From the NCBI GenBank assembly GCA_965262915.1, contig OZ253564.1:1344001-1408000 (forward strand): a stretch of DNA of 64,000 nt. The letters run 5' to 3'. Source of the DNA: Candidatus Spongiisociaceae bacterium (GTDB taxonomy: Bacteria > Actinomycetota > Acidimicrobiia > Spongiisociales > Spongiisociaceae). The notes below the pieces were generated by a model. The model searched no databases. It was not told the DNA's origin and was given only the letters and a program-made list of their open reading frames with translations. Position numbers and translations under genes: made by a program. This document shows, in pieces, positions 38,413 to 47,896 of the stretch; position 1 is the first letter of the stretch; each line of letters starts with the position of its first letter.

Positions 38413-40181
38413 CCCCAATTCTTCACGTGTTGGGGGGTTAGGGGGGTGAGCTGGTTGGGGGTGGGTTAGCCGGCTTGGTTTTTGGGGGGTTGGCGGGTTC
38501 TGGGGGTGTTGGGGTGGGTATACGGGGGCGGTTTGAGGGTTTGAGGGGTGGGGTTAGGTGTTAGGGGCGTGGTGGGTTCAGGGTGGGGGTGGTGTGGGGG
38601 TGGGGGTTGTTCAGATGGTGTGGATGTGTTGGTGGGTGGTCGCGATGAGGGTGGCGGTGGGCCAGGTGGGCGGTATTCGGAGGGTGGTTTGTCGGCTGTG
38701 GCGTGCGATGACGCCTGGTATGTGCCATAGGTTCGGGCGCAGTGTTTTGGGTTTGGCTCGGGTGAGGGGGTGGTGTTTGGGTAGGGAGAGTTTCTGGAAC
38801 CAGCGGACCAGGGTGTCGGCGAGGGCGACTATGTGGAGCCAGAGCCGGTTAGGGGCGTATCTGGCGAATGGGAAGCGGTTGCCGCCGTGGTCTTTGACGC
38901 GGGCGATGTGGGTTTCGACTCGGGCGTGGGCGCGCATGTCGCGGTCGGATTCGGGAGCGGCTGCTTTGCTGTCGGTCCAGTGTCCCCAGTATCGGTAGTC
39001 CTCGGAGCCGAACAGGGATCGTTTCGCGCCGGGGTGGCGGGGTTCGCGTCTGATGACGAGTCGGAGGTCGTCGGGCCAGTTGTAGGCTTTGACGTGGTCG
39101 GTGAGTTCGATCACATGGGCACGAACCGGATCAGGTTCTGCGTCTTCGGTCCCGTTGTCGGAGCGGACAGCGTCGGGTCCCTCCTCCGGGTTGTCGACCC
39201 CTGCGGTGTTCGGGTTGTTGTGTTGGGCTGGTCTGGGTTGGGGAAGGGCAGGCTCCCAGCGTGGGTCGTCTACGGGGATGTGGCTGAGGGCTTCGGCGAT
39301 CCCGTCGGAGCGTTTAGCGACGAAACTGAACCCGATGTTACGTTTGTGGCATTCGGTAGCGAACGCGGGTCCCGCCGCGGAATCGGCCCGGACCCGGATC
39401 CGATAGGCCACCCGCTCGGGGTCGTCACCCGGCGAATGCCCCACCCGCATCCGGGCGGGCAGCGCCCTGATAGCCGCGTCCAGCACCTCGACCAGGTCAG
39501 AAACCTGATTAGGCGCGGCGTTGCCTCGCCGCAGCCGAACAGCGAGCGGCTCCCCCGTCCAGTCCGCGAAGCAATACATCGGATGGAACCCGTACTTGTA
39601 GTTATAGGTCGGCGCGGCGCCCGCCTTGTTCTCCGAATGCAGCTCATGAACCGACGAATCAATATCCAGCACCACCGTCTCCCCTGCCGGGTAATCAGCC
39701 CACACCCGCTCCCGGACCCTGGCCATCCCGTCGGCCAGCCTCTCCACCAACCCCCCATCCGCTCCGGTGAGGGTCCGGTACAGAGTCGAGTCCGACGCCA
39801 CCTCACCGAACAATCGGCGCTGGGAACGCAACGTCTCGATGTCAGTGCAAGCCTCCCCACCCCCGGCCAACACGAGCATCAAATGAACCAGCACCCGGCC
39901 CCGATCATGAACCACCCCCGAAGCACCGAACGCTTCCGACAAAACCTCGCCCACCCGCAGACGATCCGCGAACCGGCCCAACAACCACAACCCCACATGA
40001 CCGACCTGGCTGCCACCACCCACCTCGACCCTCAACGCCAAACTGCTGTTAGCCTTCACCATACGGGTGCCCTCCTGACTGCGACCATGGACGTTTACTT
40101 CACCGCCCATAATCGCAGGTCAGAAGGGCATTCCCGTGTCAAACCACCCACCCCCACCACCAACCCCATGAAGAATTGGGG
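38413..40181 (-). mobile_element. IS1380-family insertion sequence (copy 2, diverged isoform)
   Basis: Same IR as copy 1; CTAG at 38409-38412 and 40182-40185. Confidence 0.92.
38611..40062 (-). CDS. IS1380-family transposase
   Basis: Colinear with 14136-15566; differs mainly in the central low-complexity insert. Confidence 0.9.
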   Translation of the reverse strand: MVKANSSLALRVEVGGGSQVGHVGLWLLGRFADRLRVGEVLSEAFGASGVVHDRGRVLVHLMLVLAGGGEACTDIETLRSQRRLFGEVASDSTLYRTLTGADGGLVERLADGMARVRERVWADYPAGETVVLDIDSSVHELHSENKAGAAPTYNYKYGFHPMYCFADWTGEPLAVRLRRGNAAPNQVSDLVEVLDAAIRALPARMRVGHSPGDDPERVAYRIRVRADSAAGPAFATECHKRNIGFSFVAKRSDGIAEALSHIPVDDPRWEPALPQPRPAQHNNPNTAGVDNPEEGPDAVRSDNGTEDAEPDPVRAHVIELTDHVKAYNWPDDLRLVIRREPRHPGAKRSLFGSEDYRYWGHWTDSKAAAPESDRDMRAHARVETHIARVKDHGGNRFPFARYAPNRLWLHIVALADTLVRWFQKLSLPKHHPLTRAKPKTLRPNLWHIPGVIARHSRQTTLRIPPTWPTATLIATTHQHIHTI

Positions 40182-40282
40182 CTAGGACCTGTTCACACTT
40201 TGTAGGGTGCAGGCCTTGGTCGACGTTTTTGGGGTGTTCAGCACGCTGTTGAGTTCGCGAACATCCTTCACGTCGATCTGGG

Positions 40283-41094
40283 ATGATGTCGTCCATGTTG
40301 TTTGAAGAACCCACGGATTCGGGGCCCTCGCCCCGCTCGGTGTCGGTGGCCGCGCTGACCGATATCGGGCCTCGCGAGGCGAATGAGGACCGCATGTTCA
40401 CGGTGCTGTCGGATGATGGTGCTTGGGTGATCGCGGTGGCCGACGGGCTGGGGGGCCAACCCCGTGGTGACGAAGCGGCGTAGGCCGCCGTGGAGGGTCT
40501 GCCATAACGGATCGATGGTGAGGCCGAGATGGTCATGGCGTTTGTGGAGGCCAACGAGCGGGTGGTCGCGCTGTTCGGGCGGCGAGAGCGGAGCCGTCGG
40601 GTACCGCTCCGCAAGATTCCGATGAGCACGCTGTGTGTGGCGGCGTGGACACCCGAGGGTGGTCTGGTTATCGGGTGGATGGGCGACACGATGCCGTTGG
40701 TGGTGAAGTCCGGGCCGGGTGGCTTGGGGGATACTGCTGCGGCGTTCCCCATCGAAGCCCCTCCGGGGGTATCAACGCGTGTCTAGGACTACCGCCCAAG
40801 GACGGGGGGTACGATGCCGGGCTGGTTGAGGTCGAGGTGGTCGCCGACTTCGAGGAGCCCGACGGTGTGATCATCGCCAGTGACGGTGCCTGGGAACCAC
40901 TCGCGGACGCCTACGGTGACAACACGGGGTGGCTTTGGGACGAATCACCCGCCGGTATCGGGTCGGTGTGCCCTCCCGACGCCGACAACGCAGCGGAGGT
41001 CGCCCGCAGTGTCCTGACGAAAGCTCGTAGCGTCGGGCTCAAGGACAACGCCACCGTGGCGGTCGCCTACTGGAGACGGCCACCGGACCGCTGA
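40283..41094 (+). pseudogene. PP2C-type Ser/Thr phosphatase, disrupted
   Basis: TDIGPREANED, AVADGLGG, STL, WMGD, IASDGAW, DNATV; two stops and a frameshift. Confidence 0.85.
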
Positions 41095-41975
41095 GGACCC
41101 ACATATGACCATCCGGGTTACGAACAGGGATAGGCGCCGCAGACCCCGGTGTCGAAGCTGCTACCAGGTCCCAGGGCGACTTCGCCGGCCTCGACGACGG
41201 CCAACTCCCTGGCATCGCCTCTAAGAACCGCCCTGGGACCTGGTACTTCCGCAAGGACGTGAACGCCCTCACCGATCCGGTGTCCTACTGGGTGAACACC
41301 GACGGGACCCGGGACGTGGGAACCGAGGGCGGGATCCCTGGACCGTACGTCGGGGTGAACTGTGGGGAGGACAGGTTCGTGAACCTCCGCTAGGACTACG
41401 ACGAGGAGACGGTCGAGGTCGAGTACCGCCTCTATCCGGACACCGAGGTGATCTCCGAGACGTTGTGGACAGTCGACGAGCAGGGGAGGAACACGTACCT
41501 CAGCCCGCCCGACGAGTCCACTACGTTCCTGGAGAGGCTACACGCCGAGGGAGCGGAGGAACTCAGGATGCACGTCGAATCTGAGACCTATCGGTTCCCG
41601 ATCGACGGCTTCGAGGTGGTCTTCAGCCGGCTCAACACCGTCTGCTAGGAGCCGGCAGCCTTCCCACCCACCTCAGAGGGCCGCTACTGGAGGCAACGGA
41701 GGACCCCTCCGCTGGGGGCTCGTGTCGGTGGTGTGGTCTCGACGACGGGCGACCTAATGGTGGTCATCCAATATCGGCTCTTGCTCGTGTCGCTGTGGGT
41801 GCTGGTGGACAAAGACACGCCGGCGGCGGGTCGGGAGTGGTGGTCGATGGTGTCCCGCATCCGGGGAGCCCGCGGGTAGAGCGGCGTTGTGGGCCCGGGA
41901 ACCTCGGGCCGTTTCCCCCCACATAACGGCCCCTCCCACCTACTGGCGTACTCCCGACCTCTGAAAGGGACTCGG

Positions 41976-42204
41976 GGGGGCTCGACCGGCCGCCGACAGC
42001 GGTTACCCGCCCGATGGGCCTCACCAGCGTTGGCGGCTCCATTTGGGTGGGAGTCGGAGGGAGTGGAGGTGGCAGTGGTCGGTCGGGTTGTAGATGGATA
42101 GGCGCGCCGTGCAGCTGTCGGTGGCGCAGTGGCGGCCGGGGGGATATGTGGGTGGTGGGCGCCCTGGGGGGCGGACTCTGCTCATAGGGGGTTCACGGTA
42201 CCCG
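41976..42204 (+). repeat. About 230-bp direct repeat, copy B
   Basis: Matches 35930-36160. Confidence 0.9.
42021..42185 (-). CDS. Small Cys/His protein (54 aa), copy B
   Basis: MSRVRPPGRPPPTYPPGRHCATDSCTARLSIYNPTDHCHLH...RW (hand translation; below the ORF track cut-off). Confidence 0.55.
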   Translation of the reverse strand: MSRVRPPGRPPPTYPPGRHCATDSCTARLSIYNPTDHCHLHSLRLPPKWSRQRW

Positions 42205-42505
42205 TTTTGTTTAGCTGTGACCGAGGGCTATCGGTTCGACGTTGCATAGCTGGTTGAAGCTGTCCTGATCGGCGATAACACGGGCCGTCTCCGGCAGGTC
42301 ACCAGATGCGGCCGATACCCGCAAACGCGGGAGCTCGTCACTAGCCCGGTCTCCGCTGACCATCGTTGACCATGTTAACCGTCGCATATTCGACCGTGTT
42401 ATGCACGACTCGGACGGCCCTACCCCAAAACCGCCATCTACCTGGGGAAACGCCGCAGGCGCGGCTTTACATGATGTCTGTTATCGGACACCGGCGTCCC
42501 CGGCA

Positions 42506-43324
42506 TCAGCCTCCGGAGAAGGCGTCGCGGATTGCATCACAAAGCCACGGCTCCTGCCCGCAGAACCAACTCTTCAAAAGTAGGGAAAGAACGACTGCCA
42601 AAGCGATGAGCCCCAATGTGCCGATTACCCGCCACGACACGAACCCAGGCCACCACAGGAGAGGTGGCCGTCTCGATTCCCACTCCGGGATGACCAGGTC
42701 GACGTCGTTGTCGTGGTCACTCAACGGCGGCGTGATCCTCTCAGAGGTCTGAGAACCGGACCCGCCGGTAGGTGTGATGTAGTCGAGGAGCCGGTCTTTC
42801 ACATCCCAAGCCTTGGCAAAGAGATCCTCGACCCGCTCTACCGCCTCATCCACCTCCCCAGCAGCGATCTCAGCGACCATCTCCGCGTTGCGATACAAAC
42901 CCTGATGGGCGAGGTTCGCCGATCCGCTCAGCACGGCAGAGCGGGGAACGTCATAAGCAACCCACACTTTCAGGTGTGCTTCAGAGGCCCCACCACGCTT
43001 CTTGTACCAATTTCGGACTACCACATCCGACCGCTCCAAGAAAGCGACTGCTTCGGCACGGTCCTCCGCTTTCGCATGCTTGAAGTACTTAGGCCGGCAG
43101 TCGCCTATAAGAAGCCGCACCCTGCGGTCCCCCGTTCTACGAGCAAGCCAGGCGATCCCCGGCACGCTGCTGTACCCAACCGCGACCGTTAACGGCACCC
43201 CAGGACGATCATCCAAAACTTCTCGATACGGGTAGCTGCCGTCCGATCCATAACCCCCCACTCCTCCTACATTCGACTCGGCAGAGAGTAGACACCCCGA
43301 CAGGCCGACTCCTTCCACCCCCAA
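42506..43324 (-). CDS. Phospholipase D-like (single HxK) nuclease-type domain with C-terminal membrane helix
   Basis: VAVGY, AHLKVWV...SGSANL...GL..N.E; hydrophobic VIGTLGLIALAVVLSLLL. Start uncertain. Confidence 0.7.
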   Translation of the reverse strand: MGVEGVGLSGCLLSAESNVGGVGGYGSDGSYPYREVLDDRPGVPLTVAVGYSSVPGIAWLARRTGDRRVRLLIGDCRPKYFKHAKAEDRAEAVAFLERSDVVVRNWYKKRGGASEAHLKVWVAYDVPRSAVLSGSANLAHQGLYRNAEMVAEIAAGEVDEAVERVEDLFAKAWDVKDRLLDYITPTGGSGSQTSERITPPLSDHDNDVDLVIPEWESRRPPLLWWPGFVSWRVIGTLGLIALAVVLSLLLKSWFCGQEPWLCDAIRDAFSGG

Positions 43325-44443
43325 TAACGGAAGGGATGTCCGTTGCTCGATGCGGTTGACCTGGTCAGAATGCCGGGAGTTGGGGGTAGTCGGAACAGCG
43401 GCGGGAAGGGACGGGACGGCCTAGGCCTCGACTTTTGGTCCGAGCCGCCAGTTTCGGGCGGTAACACCCCAGAAACAGTGTTCGGAACGTTAACCAACAC
43501 AACCCAAAGGTCTAGAAGCCGTTTTGGGGGCCGGGAGATCCCGCCCACGATCTGAACACCCTACGGACGCCAGTTTGCACAACAACACCCAGACGGGGGA
43601 GGCACACCAGGGCGGGCCCCCGCCCCGGCAGGACGCGTCGAAGTTGGTGGACCTCTCCACGCTCGAAACCGAATCGTTAGCCCTGCGTAACGCCGCTGCT
43701 ATCTGAAAACCCTCAAGGAAGGCTGCCTCAGCCGTCCCCTTCGAGTACCTGCCTGCACCCTGCCGTCAGCTGACCCATCGGGCAGCCTCGTGCGTAGGCA
43801 ACGGCCCCCGCCGTTTGGAAGTCCCCGATACTGAGCATCCCCTGCGCCGGCGGTTCATCCTCGGCCGGGTCGGTTCCACCACGCCGGCGAGGACCTCGAC
43901 GGAGATGACCAGTAGCGCTGGCTGTCCTAAGACGCCCGAACCGGCCTGACTGCCCCATGAGCCCCTCCAGCGGAGGGGTCGTCATAGCCAACAGCCAGCT
44001 AACTTGGCTGTAGCAGCGGCAGCCGAGTGGTGAAGTCCCACGGCTAATACCACGTTGCGGCGGGGGAGCACCCCGATATCGGCCTCCGAACACCCGCCAA
44101 CCCGGCGCCGAAACGAAAGGCATTACCCCGAGTCAAGTCCGGTCACGGAGGGTCGGATGACCGAGCGACACATCGAGGACTCGCAGCAGCCACCGACGCC
44201 CTGAACGCAGCCCCCCGGCGGCGCTATGAGGCCCTCTCCGCCGCGCTCGACGCCGGGCGGCCCCAGCAGGACGTGGCGGCTGTGGCCGGTATGTCCCCGC
44301 CTGCGCCGTCCCCGATGATCCGCCAGGAGATCGACGGGCAGTCGTAGGGTGGTCTTGATGGAGGCTCTGGCCGTGGTGGAGGTGACACGACCGGCACGCT
44401 CCGGCGAACTGCGCCGTAGCCAAGCGCCAGGCCAATGCTGGCG

Positions 44444-44752
44444 TCAGTGCGCCGGAGCCAGGTTGACCGTGATCGTCATGTCGAGGGCTGCTGCGGCCTT
44501 GTGGAGGGTCGTGAGCGTGGCGCTCGTGCCGCCGGCCTCGAGGCGGGCAACCGCCGCCTGGCTTGTCGACATGCGAGCGGCAAGGTCGCGCTGTGTCAGC
44601 CCCGCGGCTTCTCGCGCGTCGCGGACCTTCTCCCCCACCGCCAGAGCCAAGCGAGCCGCGGCGAGGGCCTCGTCGAACTCGGCGCGCTCGTTGGCGCTCA
44701 TCGTGTTGAGCCGTCTGTCTCGCAACTCTTCAATCGTTGGGCGCGCCATCAC
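44444..44752 (-). CDS. XRE-HTH antitoxin (HigA-like)
   Basis: REAAGLTQRDLAARMSTSQAAVARLEAG; overlaps the toxin stop. Confidence 0.88.
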   Translation of the reverse strand: MMARPTIEELRDRRLNTMSANERAEFDEALAAARLALAVGEKVRDAREAAGLTQRDLAARMSTSQAAVARLEAGGTSATLTTLHKAAAALDMTITVNLAPAH

Positions 44753-45087
44753 TCCTCCTCGGGTGTGTGTCCTTCAGCAAGGCACCGTCTCATCGCCCGG
44801 CGAGCGCGCCGGACTTCGGCCCGCTCGTTCTGCCTCTGCTTGCGGAACGTCGTCAACAGAACGATCCGCCGGTCGTCCGCGAAGTAGAACGTGACCCGCC
44901 GCGCGACACGGCCGAGGTCGACCCGAAGCTCGAAGAACCCGCCGCCGAGCGCACGCGAGGCCGGGAACCGCAGACGGCTGCCGTCCTCGGCGAGTCGTTC
45001 GACGGCCGCCACCACCTTCGCGAATTCTCTCACGGAGAGCGATTCGATCCATTGCTCGACTTCCGGTTCGACCTCCACCAACCACAT
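44749..45087 (-). CDS. RelE/ParE-superfamily toxin (Gp49/HigB-like)
   Basis: EVEQWIESL, LRFPASRALGGGFFELR, RIVLLTTFRK; toxin-first order. Confidence 0.88.
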   Translation of the reverse strand: MWLVEVEPEVEQWIESLSVREFAKVVAAVERLAEDGSRLRFPASRALGGGFFELRVDLGRVARRVTFYFADDRRIVLLTTFRKQRQNERAEVRRARRAMRRCLAEGHTPEEE

Positions 45088-45259
45088 GACATCAACAATG
45101 ATATCAAACGCCTCGCCAGATCTGTCAAGATGATCTACGCGACAGACCGCGACGACACGAGTACGGGCGGAACCCCGGAACAGTGCCCCACTACCCCACC
45201 AAACGCGCAGGGCCTCTCATTTCCGAAGAGCCGAGAAACGTCAAGCGGTGCGGTTCAAC

Positions 45260-45400
45260 TCACCCACCGACCTGGACGCTGTCGCCGCAGCCCTCAACAG
45301 TCGACCCCGCAAAGCCCTCAACTGGAAGACCCCCGCCGAGACCCTTAACGAACACCTACACTCCCTCAAACAAGGCAGTGTTGCAACGACCCCTTGAACC
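45260..45400 (+). mobile_element. IS30-family 3' remnant
   Basis: DLDAVAAALNSRPRKALNWKTPAE...VATTP*. Confidence 0.75.
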
Positions 45401-45720
45401 TGGTCAATTCACCTCGAGGGCCACCGCCCAGTTGCGCCGGGCATATGGCATCGCACAGTCGGTGGGACGGACCGGGGTGTGCTGGGACAACGCCGCCGCC
45501 GAATCGTTTCTCGGCACCCTCAAGAAAGAACTCGTCAACCGAAACAACTACCGCACCCGCCACCAGGCCCGCCTATCAATCCGGTACTGGATCGAAGCCT
45601 GGTACAACCCCCGCCGGCTTCACTCCACCATCGGACAACAGCCACCAAACGAATGGGAGGACAACTACTACCATCACACGGCCGTATAAACCAAGTGTCC
45701 AGCACATGGGGGGAACTCCA
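45401..45720 (+). mobile_element. IS3-family 3' remnant
   Basis: GQFTS, SVGRTGVCWDNAAAESF..LKKE, YNPRRLHSTIG; end GTGTCC...GGGGGAACTCCA. Confidence 0.85.
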
Positions 45721-45850
45721 CTCCGTCAGCCGCCAACGACTCAATCGCCGACCGATGAACCCCCGCCGCATCCAAATCAGAAAACCCCTCAGACACAGCG
45801 CCGGCAGCACCCACCCGCAACACCGAACCCATCACAACAACCACCGTAGC
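45721..45850 (-). pseudogene. N-terminal remnant of an S-layer homology (SLH) domain protein
   Basis: GFSDLDAAGVHRSAIESLAADG, cut by the IS3 end. Confidence 0.55.
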
Positions 45851-46439
45851 CACTAGTCTCACACGGCAGCGAGAAACCGAAGTAGGCGCTGCCTTCAACA
45901 CGGTGCTGGCTTTCTGAGTATTCTCAATTGAGCATGACCCCCCAATGGCGAGAATCCCAAGATGCACGGTGAACAATCGAAGCAGGGCGCCGCTGACCCT
46001 GTGATTGTTTAGCACCCAAGACCTCCTACTAATAAGGTCGATACCTGCGAAAGGCTACACCGTCTTTAGTTTCCATGAAAGGACTGCGCTGACCTCTTCT
46101 TACGATCCATCTATACAGGTACGGCGATACAAATGACCCAATATATAAGTATCTAATAGAGGGTGAATCCCTACCACGCCGACGGTTCAGATCTACTCTA
46201 TGATGTGGGGACCGGGACCCTGCCTTTTGGCTATCATCGCTAGCCTACGTTGATCTTCCGGTTGGAGCGATAGATCTGTTCGTACTCGATGTGGTTGTTT
46301 CGGTTCCTCCCGGATGGAGACATCAAGGATACACGCAAATCAACCCTGTTGGGTATGTTCCGGTCTGTATCGGTCGGGAGAGGTGATACATTGTGGTGCA
46401 ACGCCACTACGACACATAGCTCATTCCCGTAACAGTGGG

Positions 46440-46745
46440 GTCGCCCGCAGCCTCAGCGACGGCGACGGGCGGGTATTCCCGTCCCCGGCCACCGGTCGGG
46501 CGCTGACCAACGAGGCGTTCCCGAAACTGATGCGAGAACTCGACATCAACGGCACCGCCCACGGCATGCGAACCGCGTTCCGGTCCTGGGCCGCTGAACA
46601 CGGCGTAAGCCGCGAGGTCGCCGAGGCATGCTTGGCCCACGTCGTCAAGGGCGTCGAGGGCGCCTACCAGCGCTCGGACCTGCTCGCGGCCCGTGCCGAG
46701 GTCATGCAGCGATGGGCCCGCTATGTCAGCGGGAAGGGTGCATGA
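46440..46745 (+). pseudogene. Tyrosine integrase (P4-like) C-terminal fragment
   Basis: VFPS, HGMRTAFRSW, EACLAH, AYQRSDLL..R..MQRW. Confidence 0.85.
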
Positions 46746-46779
46746 CAACGCATCGGCTCGGCCACGCCGCGGTCAAACT

Positions 46780-46950
46780 TCACCGTCCCGCCGTGGTGAC
46801 GGCGGGACTGAGCCCGCGGTCGACCAAGTCCTGATCGCGCCAGTCGTAGATCGTCTGGCTCGACACACCGAGCTTCTCGACGATTTCAGCCATCGGTCTC
46901 CCAGCCTCGACCAGATCCAAGACCTTGCGCCAGAACTCAGCCGGATGCCT
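46780..46950 (-). mobile_element. IS3 orfA fragment
   Basis: PAEFWRKVLDLVEAGR...LGVSSQTIYDWRDQD. Confidence 0.7.
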
Positions 46951-47167
46951 CATCGGCACCAGCTCGTTGTGCTCCGGAGGCTGGGCCGCACACTCGGACG
47001 CGAACTCAGACGCCACGGACTACAACGTCGGCACAGCCGCACTGGCAAAGAATGGGTCGGTATCAGACTACGCCGCGACCCACCTCACCTAACCGGCAGA
47101 GCCCGTGACCGTTTGGTGACCGATTCCCACCAGTGCGAAATAGCCTCTGACTAGGGGATTGTGACTG

Positions 47168-47798
47168 TGAATCGCCCTGAGTTTCCCGGAGACTGATGGT
47201 TGCTCGGCATGGACCCGCAGCGCCCCATAGGTACCGCGTGACTGTTGGTGGATCTGGTGGATGAGATCAGTTAGCCAGGCGTGGGGGATGGAGCGGGCCG
47301 AAGGCGGCCGTGTCCTCCAGGCGTAGAACCCGGACTCTGACACCTCGAGCACCCGGCACGCCACCCGGGTGGGTAGTCCCTCGGTTTTCATGGTCTGGAT
47401 CGCTTCGAACCGTCTTTCGGGGGCACCACCTGGGCTTTCAGCAGTTCGTTGGCCCGCTTGGTGACGGCCAGTTCTGTCTCCAACTCGATGATCCGACGCC
47501 GGGCCGCCCGCAGTTCCTCCTGCTCCACAGAAGTGAGACCGGGTTCGAGGCCACGGTCAACAGCGTCCTGGCGTCGCCAGTCCTAGATCGTCTGATCCGA
47601 CACACCAAGATCGGCAGACAAGGACACCACCGACCTGCCAGCCGCTAACAGATCCAGGACTTTGCGGCGGAACTCGGGTGGATATCGATACGGCGCCAAG
47701 ACCCCTCCTTTTGCGGGTCAGGACACCACCAATCCAAATATCCCGACTCCACGAAAGTGGGTAACCATCAGAGCGTCCACCGAAGTGGGTCAACCTCA
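47168..47798 (-). mobile_element. Deleted IS3-family element(s)
   Basis: YPPEFRRKVLDLL (orfA), ACRVLEVSESGFYAWR...GTYGALRVHAE (orfB); TG-starting ends TGAGGTTGACCC and TGAATCGCCC. Confidence 0.8.
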
Positions 47799-47896
47799 CT
47801 ATTGTCCCAGATCAGAGGCACTTTCCGCATCTATCCACCCCCAACACCCCAACATCTATCGGTAGATTCAGGTTCACCATTAGCATCCGCGCCATC

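Larger units (their letters stand above)
33760..47890. mobile_element. Decayed genomic island made of integrative-element and IS remnants
   Basis: Low coding density, internal repeats, integrase and primase-like fragments, TA pair, IS30/IS3/IS1380 pieces. Boundaries approximate; no att sites found. Confidence 0.6.

Noticed and set aside
40186-40270. Complete IS5-type MITE after IS1380 copy 2
   Set aside because: One end resembles the IS5 IR, but no convincing partner end or second CTAG was found.
33700-47890. Intact prophage or ICE with tRNA attachment sites
   Set aside because: Only integrase and primase-like fragments are present; no structural or conjugation genes, tRNA or flanking direct repeats were found.
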